Part shown: in pieces, positions 1 to 8,171 of the stretch
Numbering within the stretch: position 1 is the stretch's first letter
Layout of the letters: the number at the start of each line of letters is the position of its first letter
Made by a program: the position numbers and the translations under genes
Notes under the pieces: generated by a model
Databases searched by the model: none
What the model saw: only the letters and a program-made list of their open reading frames with translations
Told to the model about the DNA's origin: nothing
IMG/VR virus record: IMGVR_UViG_3300042868_010125
Coordinates: 37,597 to 101,596 of that record
Source of the DNA: a virus
Direction: 5' to 3' (one strand)
Length of the DNA stretch: 64,000 nucleotides

Positions 1-175
1 GGACCTGCCCCATCTTCATACAGCCTATCTTTTTTGCCCATGCAGGTAGGGTACAAACACGAATAGCCTTTGTCAAACGCTTAAAAAGTCAGGAAGATAG
101 CTCAGTTTGCACTTTTTGTAAAGCCCCTGATACCCTTTGCCTCTAATAACAAAAGAGAGAGAAAAGGTAGTACAT

Positions 176-760
176 ATGAAGACGCCCCAAGGATATACAA
201 AGACGAATGCAAAATTGCCTGAAGAGGTATATGAAAATTTTAAAAAGATTGCATCTGACTTAGAACTTCGTAATGCTTACATTAAAGAGTTAAGAGCAGC
301 GTCTTGGAGTCTTCAAAGTATTGCAGATGCAGCAGGCATCTCTAGTAGAGAACGAGTTCGTCAAATTATTGAAGGACGCTATAAACATTTAAGTTCTTCT
401 AAAGTATCTACTGACTTCTCTGTTCCTGCACTGCCTTTAAAAGAGGTTAAGCAACCAAGAGTTATTACCGAGCCTTCAGAACAAACTCTCTCTAAGTTAT
501 TAGAACTCAAGCCTAGTGCTCAAAAGGTACGCTCACACTCTCCTAATTTTAGAAAAGAAGCAGAGCAGTACACCGAGTTAATTAACCATGCCATTACCGT
601 TGAAGGAGTAAGTGTCCGACACTTAGGTAAGCGCTTAGGTGTCTCTCCAAGTGCTCTTCGTTTTCGTATGGCTAGATATGGTTACATTACTAGTCATGAT
701 GGAAAGAGTATTTGCTACAAACCAATCTTAGATAAAAACAGATACGTCTTGCAGTCTTGA
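176..760 (+). CDS. Two-HTH DNA-binding protein
   Basis: Two HTH-like segments, WSLQSIADAAGISSRERVRQII and VSVRHLGKRLGVSPSALRFRM. ATG176 follows AAAGG and is preferred to TTG137. Confidence 0.6.
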   Translation: MKTPQGYTKTNAKLPEEVYENFKKIASDLELRNAYIKELRAASWSLQSIADAAGISSRERVRQIIEGRYKHLSSSKVSTDFSVPALPLKEVKQPRVITEPSEQTLSKLLELKPSAQKVRSHSPNFRKEAEQYTELINHAITVEGVSVRHLGKRLGVSPSALRFRMARYGYITSHDGKSICYKPILDKNRYVLQS

Positions 761-1038
761 TACAAGAAGATGTAATTGTTTTTCATCCTCATCGCTCAGA
801 CGGGTTTAGGATTCAAGGGCAAACAATAAATACGCTGACCAGTTTTATGGGAACAGGTGGGCTCAACATGTCCATGGTTGCCACAGAAAATATTCGAAGA
901 ATCACCCCTGAAGAGTGCGAAACTCTGCAGGGGTTTCCTTTAGGATGGACTAGTACCCAAGCAGATACGCACAGGTACAAACAACTAGGTAATGCTGTAA
1001 CTGTCAATGTTGCAACATGGTTAGGTAATCGAATATGA
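757..1038 (+). CDS. C5-cytosine DNA methyltransferase C-terminal module (one TRD-like unit plus motifs IX/X)
   Basis: RRITPEECETLQGFP..WT...RYKQLGNAVTVNV matches C5-MTase motifs IX/X. TL-type TRD unit INTLTSFMGTGG. Coupled to both neighbours by TTGA/ATGA overlaps. Confidence 0.8.
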   Translation: MIQEDVIVFHPHRSDGFRIQGQTINTLTSFMGTGGLNMSMVATENIRRITPEECETLQGFPLGWTSTQADTHRYKQLGNAVTVNVATWLGNRI

Positions 1039-1763
1039 GCACATTCGTTTCTTTATTCGCTGGCGTTGGTGGTTTCGATCTTGGCTTTGAAAAAGCAGGG
1101 CACACTTGTGTTGGTCAAGTAGAGATAGATAAAAATGCTCAGAAGATATTAAAAAAACATTGGCCTGACATTCCATTACATGATGATGTTAAGACAGCAA
1201 TAGAGTGGGCAAAGGAGAGTGATTTAATTGGAAAAGTTGACATCGTCTGCGGAGGATTCCCTTGCCAAGACGTCAGCGTCGCTGGAAAGCGTGCTGGTAT
1301 CGCTGGGGCAAGAAGTGGACTCTTCTGGGACGCAATACGATTTGCGCAGGAAGTCAAAGCACACACTATCGTCTTGGAAAATGTGCCAGGACTTTTATCA
1401 AGCAACGAAGGACGCGATTTTGGAGTCGTCATCTCTGAAATGGCCAACGCAGGGTATAGCCACATCGAATGGCGAGTTTTGGATTCGCAATTCTTCGGAG
1501 TCCCCCAACGTCGTCGTCGAGTCTTCATTGTTGGAAGTGTTGGAGACAGAAGTAAATCCCCGATACTTATTGAGTCCGAAAGCCTGCGAGGGGATAATGC
1601 GCCGAGCAACTCGTCGCGGAAAAACTCTTCCACCAGCGCTGGAAAAAGCACTGTTGCAAGGATGCGAGGGTTCGGAGACTACGAAGTAGATACTGTTGCA
1701 TCCACTTTGAAGGCGAGGGACTATAAAGATGTCACAGACATCGTGGTTCGTCAAAGTAATTAG
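1035..1763 (+). CDS. C5-cytosine DNA methyltransferase catalytic subunit (motifs I-VIII plus one TRD-like unit, no IX/X)
   Basis: SLFAGVGG (I), GGFPCQDVS (IV), LENVPG (VI), PQRRRRVF (VIII). Ends ASTLKARDYKD without motifs IX/X. Confidence 0.92.
   Translation: MSTFVSLFAGVGGFDLGFEKAGHTCVGQVEIDKNAQKILKKHWPDIPLHDDVKTAIEWAKESDLIGKVDIVCGGFPCQDVSVAGKRAGIAGARSGLFWDAIRFAQEVKAHTIVLENVPGLLSSNEGRDFGVVISEMANAGYSHIEWRVLDSQFFGVPQRRRRVFIVGSVGDRSKSPILIESESLRGDNAPSNSSRKNSSTSAGKSTVARMRGFGDYEVDTVASTLKARDYKDVTDIVVRQSN
1228..1689 (+). CDS. Nested alternative-frame polypeptide resembling the M.EcoHK31I beta subunit
   Basis: +1 frame inside the MTase gene. SD AAAGGAG at 1211-1217 precedes TTG1228. C-terminus SSLLEVLE..VNPRYLLSPKACEGIMRRATRRGKTLPPALEKAL resembles, from memory, overlapping beta polypeptides of split C5 MTases. 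Confidence 0.7.
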   Translation: MEKLTSSAEDSLAKTSASLESVLVSLGQEVDSSGTQYDLRRKSKHTLSSWKMCQDFYQATKDAILESSSLKWPTQGIATSNGEFWIRNSSESPNVVVESSLLEVLETEVNPRYLLSPKACEGIMRRATRRGKTLPPALEKALLQGCEGSETTK

Positions 1764-2277
1764 AAGTGGTGCAAGATATGAAGATGGAACACTTCCGCCA
1801 GAAGTATGGCGCGAGAGAGTTATTTGTCCTACTTTGAATGCTTTTGATAATAGTGGAGACTCCAGAGCAGTAGTAACAATTGTTCACTCTATTCAAAATA
1901 CTGTAATTGGTAGAGCAGATACCGCTGGTCCTCAAGGGAAAGGGTATGGAGAAGTGACTGACCCAATGTTTACTGTAGACACATCTTCTCCTCACGCTGT
2001 ATCAGTTACACCTATTCAAGATGCAAGAGAAATTGATAAAAAACAAAATGGATTAGGAATAGCAGAGGCTGGCGCTCCTGCATATACCGTTGACACAATC
2101 TCACATCAGGCAGTTAATTTTTCAACAATAGTAAGAAGACTCACTCCTAGAGAGTGCGAGAGACTACAAGGTTTTCCAGATGACTGGACTGGCGATCAAT
2201 CAGACTCTGCTAGATATAAACAAATGGGAAATGCAGTTACAGCAAATGTCGTTGAGTGGATAGGGAGAAGATTATGA
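1729..2277 (+). CDS. Second C5-MTase C-terminal module (three TRD-like units plus motifs IX/X)
   Basis: CPTLNAFD, PMFTVDTSSPHAV and PAYTVDTISHQAV units, then RRLTPRECERLQGFPDDWT..RYKQMGNAVTANV. Own SD-like GAGGGA at 1715-1720. Confidence 0.85.
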   Translation: MSQTSWFVKVIRSGARYEDGTLPPEVWRERVICPTLNAFDNSGDSRAVVTIVHSIQNTVIGRADTAGPQGKGYGEVTDPMFTVDTSSPHAVSVTPIQDAREIDKKQNGLGIAEAGAPAYTVDTISHQAVNFSTIVRRLTPRECERLQGFPDDWTGDQSDSARYKQMGNAVTANVVEWIGRRL

Positions 2278-2429
2278 ATAAATTAGAGCCTAAATACGGC
2301 TGGGGATGCAAAGATAATCACGTAGACAAACAAGCGTTGGCTACTCAGATAGAGCAATTAGAAATTGATATCTCTTTGAGCCCTACTGAAGTCCTTGCTT
2401 ATGTTGCCAAACTTGTAAAAAGACTATAG
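2274..2429 (+). CDS. Small hypothetical protein, 51 aa (not in ORF track)
   Basis: ATGA overlap with the previous stop; MNKLEPKYGWGCKDNH...LAYVAKLVKRL. Confidence 0.55.
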   Translation: MNKLEPKYGWGCKDNHVDKQALATQIEQLEIDISLSPTEVLAYVAKLVKRL

Positions 2430-2443
2430 TATTCTTTTTACCG

Positions 2444-2606
2444 ATAGGGGTTGCGATGAGCCCCGTACTTTAGCAAAAGACTAAAGACGCTGGAAACCTA
2501 TAACAATGGGCAAGGATATACGTGGGATGCGAGCTATAGCCCATGATTGGACAAGAGGGGAGCCTAACTTACGGTTAGGCTATAAGAAACCCACCTGCGT
2601 ATATCC
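2444..2606 (+). ncRNA. Candidate structured non-coding RNA of unknown class (strand inferred)
   Basis: Lies between convergent genes and carries several helices: 2514-2522/2598-2606, 2561-2568/2574-2581, 2468-2473/2481-2486, 2447-2452/2459-2464, and crossing 2506-2511/2539-2544. TATAGT at 2425-2430 upstream. Confidence 0.5.
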
Positions 2607-2615
2607 GAATTACTT

Positions 2616-2930
2616 TTATTCATATCCTTGGTTTTTAAAAAATATCAATCCTTCTTCAGTAGCAGAGAACACTGCTTTAAGATCTTCGTTATATTCAATT
2701 TTGATAAGACCCATTTCATACAAATCAATTAAATTATCGTTTATTCCATTCATAATTTCATCGTACATTTCAGGAAGTAGAATTTTCATTAACTCAAAGT
2801 TATATGTGTAAGTGAGTTCCCCATCTTCATCAAAACCATCTTCTATTAAAATTCCAGCCTCAATCATGCGTTCTACAAAATCATCCGCCTCGTCATCCGA
2901 GAGATACTCGAAGTCTTCCATGTCATCCAT
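2616..2930 (-). CDS. Acidic hypothetical protein, possibly winged-helix-like
   Basis: Clean 104-aa ORF with internal repeat MIEAGILI / LYEMGLIKI. Confidence 0.6.
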   Translation of the reverse strand: MDDMEDFEYLSDDEADDFVERMIEAGILIEDGFDEDGELTYTYNFELMKILLPEMYDEIMNGINDNLIDLYEMGLIKIEYNEDLKAVFSATEEGLIFFKNQGYE

Positions 2931-2960
2931 ACTAGAAATCTTAACTGATATACTGGATAT

Positions 2961-3200
2961 ATGATTTATTCTAAGTTTGGCGAGTCGGATGTTTATGTTT
3001 ACTCCATCGCTGGTCGCGGCCTTGTATGCGCAATGTGTTACTTTGGTGACGAGTTAGAAGTTTCCTTTAATGCAGAGTCAACGCAAGAAATGATTGACCA
3101 CCTTAACGCCCACCAAAAAATTGGTCACTCCCTCCCTCCCAATCTCCTTAACCTCCTCCTTCTCGATAACCTAGTTAATTATCCCGATTCTCTTTCTTAG
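2961..3200 (+). CDS. Small Cys/His hypothetical protein
   Basis: SDVYVY..LVCAMC...MIDHLNAHQKIGH pattern, possible metal site. Confidence 0.6.
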   Translation: MIYSKFGESDVYVYSIAGRGLVCAMCYFGDELEVSFNAESTQEMIDHLNAHQKIGHSLPPNLLNLLLLDNLVNYPDSLS

Positions 3201-3201
3201 T

Positions 3202-3247
3202 ACGGAACGAGAGCGCGAAAAAACAGATTTTCAAAGCAAGGTATAAT
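3202..3247 (+). promoter_or_regulatory. Repeated upstream element, copy 1, with -10 box
   Basis: ACGGAACGAGAGCGCGAAAAAAC at 3202, TATAAT at 3242, SD AAGGAG at 3258. Confidence 0.7.
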
Positions 3248-3267
3248 TAACTTCTTTAAGGAGTTTC

Positions 3268-4167
3268 ATGCCAATCCTAGGAACATCTGCGTCGGGATAC
3301 GTTGATCCTTCGTACACACTTTATCAAACATTTAATGCATCTGGAACATTCACTATGCCTAATACTGCAACGCAGGTGGCAATTTTTATTATTAGTGGCG
3401 GAGGTGGCGGAGGTGCTGGCGGAAACGTTGGAAACTTAAATACTAAATTCCAAACTTATAACACTGGTGCATCGGGAGGTGGTGGCGGTGCGTCTGGAAT
3501 TGTTGCCGCTGCCCAAGATGTGACATTAACTCCTGGAGCAACTTATCCTATAGTCGTTGGTGCAGGTGGCACTGGCGGTACTAAAGGTTTTGTACCATAT
3601 AACGGTGGTACAGGTGGACAAAGTTCATTTTCTAATAACAGCAGCAGCCTGATAACAGTTAACGGTGGTGGAGGAGGTACTAGTAACTATGCAACTAGAA
3701 CAGGTGGTCCTTCTGCCGGAGGAACTGTCGGTAGTATCAGCGCAAACGTAGTGTATAACTCCGCTTCACCGCAGGCAGGTGGAGATAGCGCAACAGCACA
3801 AGGGAGCGCGGCCATATCAAACAACACCGCAATTAACCTAAGCATGACACTTCCAGGAGCAGGAACAGTCAATAAACAGATAGGCTCCGGCGGAGCGGGT
3901 GGAGGGTCAGGTGCTTCTGGTCGTAACGGAGCAGGACTAAATAACGGTGGGTCATCAAGCAACGGTGGCGGAAGCGGAGGTAACGGCGGTAACGCTACTA
4001 CTAACGCCGGATCGACCGGTAACATCGGAAACGGTGCTAATATTATTGGTGGTGGAGGAGGCGGTGGTGGCGGTGCAGGAACTCCTTCCACTGACGCTGG
4101 AAACGTAGGAGACGGAACAAACGCCGGGGCAGGACAAGCTGGACAGGTAATCATCTACGTTAAGTAA
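3268..4167 (+). CDS. Glycine-rich domain protein, putative virion fibre/decoration paralog 1
   Basis: MPILGTSASG N-terminus, TFNASGTFTMP, GGGGG runs, GQVIIY C-terminus. Confidence 0.7.
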   Translation: MPILGTSASGYVDPSYTLYQTFNASGTFTMPNTATQVAIFIISGGGGGGAGGNVGNLNTKFQTYNTGASGGGGGASGIVAAAQDVTLTPGATYPIVVGAGGTGGTKGFVPYNGGTGGQSSFSNNSSSLITVNGGGGGTSNYATRTGGPSAGGTVGSISANVVYNSASPQAGGDSATAQGSAAISNNTAINLSMTLPGAGTVNKQIGSGGAGGGSGASGRNGAGLNNGGSSSNGGGSGGNGGNATTNAGSTGNIGNGANIIGGGGGGGGGAGTPSTDAGNVGDGTNAGAGQAGQVIIYVK

Positions 4168-4241
4168 TAACATAAATCTTTCACCGCAGGTCAGACAAAT
4201 TCAAATAAAATATTTAAGAACCTGCTACTAAATAAGTAATT

Positions 4242-4709
4242 TTACTTGTTGTGTTCCTTTGCCATCTCTGCAAGAAAATCAGGGGTGCCTATCCAGTTTT
4301 TAGCGCCGTCAACAGCCCACATAAGATTTAACTGCTTACGCAACGCGTACATAAGTATCCACGTCAATGTTCTTGAGTCAAGAGTATTGCCTGCCTCAAC
4401 GAGAGATAGAAACTCGATATCCGTATCAGGAAGCTTCTTTCGCATAACTATCGCATTAACCTGGTTAGGTTTTAACCACTCGGGAAACTCAGAGTTATCC
4501 AGCCACTCGCACTTAAACGAGACGCACGGTTCCTTTGGCCGCTGTGAGTAAATAGTGCATCCTGTTCCAATAGCAATAAAGTGACATGGACGACCTGGAT
4601 AGAACTCGTGCCCGTGTGCACTTCCTGTCAGATAACCTTCGCAGCACTTCGTGCAATCACCACAACTACGTTGCACTGGTTTTAACTCTAACTTTACTTT
4701 ATTGCTCAT
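4242..4709 (-). CDS. CxxCxxCC cysteine-cluster (YkgJ-like) protein
   Basis: RSCGDCTKCC...CHF..GCTIYSQRP..C..FKCEW. Start moved to ATG4709 because the longer extension reads through the regulatory tract. Confidence 0.75.
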   Translation of the reverse strand: MSNKVKLELKPVQRSCGDCTKCCEGYLTGSAHGHEFYPGRPCHFIAIGTGCTIYSQRPKEPCVSFKCEWLDNSEFPEWLKPNQVNAIVMRKKLPDTDIEFLSLVEAGNTLDSRTLTWILMYALRKQLNLMWAVDGAKNWIGTPDFLAEMAKEHNK

Positions 4710-4769
4710 TATGAAATCATACCACCTTCCCCCTCCTTTTTTCATCCTCTTCTTCTTTTTCTTCTCCTT

Positions 4770-4815
4770 ACGGAAAGGGAGCGCGGAAAAACGCATTTTT
4801 AATCTAAGGTATAAT
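4770..4815 (+). promoter_or_regulatory. Repeated upstream element, copy 2, with -10 box
   Basis: ACGGAAAGGGAGCGCGGAAAAAC at 4770, TATAAT at 4810. Confidence 0.7.
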
Positions 4816-4836
4816 TAAGCATCTTTAAGGAGTAAC

Positions 4837-5661
4837 ATGCCAATTTTAGGAACAGTAAGTTCTGGATATGTGCAACCAGTGTACTCACTTGCGCTAACTG
4901 CTAACAACACCCAAAACTGGACCGTACCTGCGGGAGTGAGTAGCATAGTTGTAGTTACAATTGGTGGAGGAGGATCAGGAAGCTCTATAAGTAATAATGG
5001 AAGTCTATCTGGTGGTGGAGGCGGAGGTGCAGGTGGAGCAGCAGCAGCAATCATCCCTGTAACAGCAGGACAGACATACTCTGTTACTGTAGCAGGTGCG
5101 TCTGGGACATCAAAGATTACATCACCTAACTCTGTTGATTTGGTAACTGCAAACGGAGGAAGTAACGTTGCCACTGTTACGCAGAACGGTGGAAGTGGTG
5201 GCAATGGAAGCTCTAATATTGAAAAATCATTTACAGCATCTGGTGGAAGTGGTGGTAACGGTGGTAACTACTCAACCTCAAGTGCGTTAGGAAATAACGG
5301 TGATAATGGAGGAGCAAATTCCACTGGAAACTTTGCTATTGACGTAGCAGGACTACCTAACTACGCTGTTTCCTTATATGGTGGAGGCGGTGGCGGAGGC
5401 GGAGCTTTTGCCTCTGGAAGCAGACTTGTCTCAGCTAAAAGAAACGGTGGAACTGGCGGAGGAAACGCGGGAAATGGAGGAAGTGGCTTTTACCAAAATA
5501 GCACTAACTCACCTGTAAGTGCTAATGCTGGTAACGCAGGAACTGTAGGCGGTGGCGGAGGTGGAGGCGGCGGTGGTTACTTTTTTATTAGCGTAGAACA
5601 AGGTAGAGGTGGCGATGGTGGAGCTGGATCAAACGGACAGGTAGTAATATATTCTGCCTAA
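4837..5661 (+). CDS. Glycine-rich domain protein, paralog 2
   Basis: MPILGTVSSG, NWTVPAGV, GGGG runs, GQVVIY; SD AAGGAG. Confidence 0.7.
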   Translation: MPILGTVSSGYVQPVYSLALTANNTQNWTVPAGVSSIVVVTIGGGGSGSSISNNGSLSGGGGGGAGGAAAAIIPVTAGQTYSVTVAGASGTSKITSPNSVDLVTANGGSNVATVTQNGGSGGNGSSNIEKSFTASGGSGGNGGNYSTSSALGNNGDNGGANSTGNFAIDVAGLPNYAVSLYGGGGGGGGAFASGSRLVSAKRNGGTGGGNAGNGGSGFYQNSTNSPVSANAGNAGTVGGGGGGGGGGYFFISVEQGRGGDGGAGSNGQVVIYSA

Positions 5662-5743
5662 CTAGCATATCATTTATTTTTAGGATATGTAAAGTAAGAT
5701 TATAATTTTAGCGATAAAATTAACAAGTACGAAAGGAAAAGAT

Positions 5744-6043
5744 ATGGGTACATACGCGGTTATTGAGAACACAAAGGTAACAAACGTTATCGTAGCGGAG
5801 TCTAGGGATATCGCCGAGGACGTGACAGGACATACGTGCGTCGAGTACACCGAGTCAGATCCTGCAGGAATCGGCTGGGACTATGACGGAGAGATGTTTA
5901 TCTCACCTCGTCCCTTTGCATCATGGACCTTTGATAGAGCTACAAAGACATGGAACGCTCCAGTTCCTATGCCTAAAGATGGGCTTTATACTTGGAACGA
6001 AACAACTGGCTCTTGGGATGTTGTAGCACCAACTGAAGAATAA
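5744..6043 (+). CDS. Small Trp/Pro-rich partner of glycine-rich genes, tail-fibre-assembly-like
   Basis: YAVIE..VTNVIVA...AGIGWDYDG..F..PRPFASW..WNAPVPMP..Y.WNE..SW; SD GAAAGGA. Confidence 0.55.
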   Translation: MGTYAVIENTKVTNVIVAESRDIAEDVTGHTCVEYTESDPAGIGWDYDGEMFISPRPFASWTFDRATKTWNAPVPMPKDGLYTWNETTGSWDVVAPTEE

Positions 6044-6098
6044 ATGTAATAGTATAGTTTTCTTGCGTAGACTTAGCTCACAATAGAAAAGACGTACT

Positions 6099-6827
6099 AT
6101 GACAAACATTGTTTTTACCGATACTTTCGGTGTACCTGAAGAATATATACCTAAGCCTGCAACATCTTTTGTACCTGACTGGTATAAAAATATGGAGTCA
6201 TATATTACAGGTGAAAAAACTCCTGACGGAAATGGAATGACAACTGGTACGTTAAAACGTTGTATGCCAGTCTTCGACTCTATTACTGCAGGCTATATTT
6301 TGACTACGTACGTTGATGTTTATGTATCACAAAAAGATGGAACGTCGATAAGTAAAAGTACAGGTAGAAAGAAAAAGATAAAGGTACCTTGGTACGAGTG
6401 GCCATCATATGGGCCAATACAATTTCACCCAGTTGAGCAAGCCCCAGAACACCCTCTTGCAAATGGTTTTTCATACCCTAAATGGATTAATCCATGGAGC
6501 ATAACTACACCTCCTGGATACTCAGTTATGTTTACAGCGCCAGTTCATCGCAAATCAGTCTTTACAATACTAGATGGGGTAGTAGATACCGACACTTACA
6601 CCGCCCCTGTTAACTTCCCTTTTGTGCTTAAAGACCACACATACGAAGGGCTAATCCCTGCAGGCACTCCTATGGCACAGGTAATTCCATTTAAACGCGA
6701 GTCCTGGGAAATGACAATAGGAAATAACGAAGAGTTACTACAGCAAAACAAAGTAACAACTCTCTTACGCACAAAGTTTTTTGACTCATACAAATCTCAA
6801 TTTAGAACTGTCAAAGAGTACAAATAA
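6099..6827 (+). CDS. Hypothetical protein with possible dUTPase-like beta fold
   Basis: PKPA..PDWYK, TLKRCMPVFD..TAGY, KWINPWSITTPPGYS, GVVDTD, GTPMAQVIPFKR. Confidence 0.55.
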   Translation: MTNIVFTDTFGVPEEYIPKPATSFVPDWYKNMESYITGEKTPDGNGMTTGTLKRCMPVFDSITAGYILTTYVDVYVSQKDGTSISKSTGRKKKIKVPWYEWPSYGPIQFHPVEQAPEHPLANGFSYPKWINPWSITTPPGYSVMFTAPVHRKSVFTILDGVVDTDTYTAPVNFPFVLKDHTYEGLIPAGTPMAQVIPFKRESWEMTIGNNEELLQQNKVTTLLRTKFFDSYKSQFRTVKEYK

Positions 6828-6865
6828 CCCCCTCCCCCCTTTTTTACTCTCTGCTGCCTCCTCTA

Positions 6866-6911
6866 ACGGAACGAGAGCGCGAAAAAACGCATTTTTAAAC
6901 TGCGCTATAAT
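6866..6911 (+). promoter_or_regulatory. Repeated upstream element, copy 3, with -10 box
   Basis: ACGGAACGAGAGCGCGAAAAAAC at 6866, TATAAT at 6906. Confidence 0.7.
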
Positions 6912-6935
6912 TAGCTATCTAAACAAAGGATTCCC

Positions 6936-7778
6936 GTGCCACTTTTAGGAACTTCTGCTTCTCAGAATAGCAAATCTTTCTTAAATACCCCTGTCGAGTT
7001 ACTTGTAGTTGGTGGTGGTGGTTCAGGTGGTGTTTATTGGGCTGGTGGTGGTGGAGCTGGTGGATACAGAACTTTTTCAAATTTAAGTGGAGTAAAGGGA
7101 ACTACTTACACAATTGTTGTAGGCGGCGGTGCAGCAGCTAGAACAACAGGTCAACAAGGTGGACGTTCAGGCAGCGCTAGTTCTGCATTTACATATAGTT
7201 CTGCTGGTGGTGGTGGTGGCGGTGGAGATAACGGCGGCGAAAGAATTGGTCTTGCTGGTGGTTCTGGCGGAGGTGGTGCTGGCAATGTAACTTCCGCTGG
7301 TGGTGCTGGTAATACTCCTTCAACTTCTCCTTCACAAGGAAACAATGGTGGTAGCGGTGACGGTAACGCTGGTGGCGGAGGTGGTGGAGCTGGAGCCGTT
7401 GGCGCAAGCGGCTCAGGAAACGCAGGTAACGGTGGCAATGGAGCAACTTGGTCAATAAATGGAATAACTTATGCAGGCGGAGGCGGTGGAGCTGCAACCA
7501 GTGGTAACCGTGGATTAGGTGGAACAGGTGGTGGTGGAAATGCTGACCCAGCTGCGTTTTCTAATGCAAGTCCAGGAGCTGCAAATACTGGTGGTGGAGG
7601 CGGTGCGCAAAGACAAAATGGAATGGGTGACTCAGGAGCAGGTGGCTCTGGTGTTGTCATAGTTGCATTTCTTTCTTCTTACCCTACTGCCGCATCTACA
7701 ACAGGCTCACCGACAGTTACAACAAGCGGAAGTTATCGTCTATACACTTTTACAGCTAACGGAAGCATCACGTTCTAA
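6936..7778 (+). CDS. Glycine-rich domain protein, paralog 3
   Basis: MPLLGTSAS, VELLVVGGGG, GNTPSTSPSQGN, TTGSPTVTTSG.YR.YTFTANGSITF. Confidence 0.7.
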   Translation: MPLLGTSASQNSKSFLNTPVELLVVGGGGSGGVYWAGGGGAGGYRTFSNLSGVKGTTYTIVVGGGAAARTTGQQGGRSGSASSAFTYSSAGGGGGGGDNGGERIGLAGGSGGGGAGNVTSAGGAGNTPSTSPSQGNNGGSGDGNAGGGGGGAGAVGASGSGNAGNGGNGATWSINGITYAGGGGGAATSGNRGLGGTGGGGNADPAAFSNASPGAANTGGGGGAQRQNGMGDSGAGGSGVVIVAFLSSYPTAASTTGSPTVTTSGSYRLYTFTANGSITF

Positions 7779-7824
7779 AAACAGTATAAAATAGGACTAG
7801 CAATCGTTTCAATAAGGAGACAAA

Positions 7825-8157
7825 ATGGCACATTGGGCAGAAATAGACGAGGACGGAATCGTTCTTCGTGTAACCGTCGGATCTAACAATGACGCCGACG
7901 AAGGCTATCAGTGGCTCATCGACAACCTAGGTGGAACCTGGGTTAAGACAAGTTACAACACACAAGGCGGAGTTCACACAAACGGTGGAACACCTTTAAG
8001 AAAAAACTACGCGGGTATCGGGTATTCATATGACTCCGAGCGCGATGCGTTTATCCCGCCTAAAGCTAGCTGTCATGACGAGGAAACACTAAACGAGGAC
8101 ACATGTCTTTGGGAGTGCGGTAACGAAGAGCACACCGCGCCTCCACAAATAAGTTAG
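7825..8157 (+). CDS. Small partner of glycine-rich genes, tail-fibre-assembly-like
   Basis: MAHWAEID..VLRV.V...WVKTSYN...RKNYAGIGYSYD..RDAFIPPK; SD AAGGAG. Confidence 0.6.
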   Translation: MAHWAEIDEDGIVLRVTVGSNNDADEGYQWLIDNLGGTWVKTSYNTQGGVHTNGGTPLRKNYAGIGYSYDSERDAFIPPKASCHDEETLNEDTCLWECGNEEHTAPPQIS

Positions 8158-8171
8158 GATAAAATAAGCCT

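Noticed and set aside
1687-1728. Readthrough fusing the nested ORF to the same-frame 1729 ORF
   Set aside because: A second in-frame stop (TGA at 1708-1710) intervenes.
2444-2606. Hammerhead or HDV-like ribozyme call
   Set aside because: GCGATGAG/GAAAC resembles the hammerhead core but lacks CUGANGA and a properly placed NUH site. The helix order does not fit HDV. Kept only as an unclassified RNA candidate.
2506-2811. 101-aa plus-strand ORF
   Set aside because: It overlaps the better 2616-2930 minus-strand gene and has no recognisable motif.
4183-4226. GCAGGT/ACCTGC inverted pairs (also near 3-47 and 20823-20925) as recombination sites
   Set aside because: Only 6-mers, with inconsistent spacing and orientation; not distinguishable from chance.
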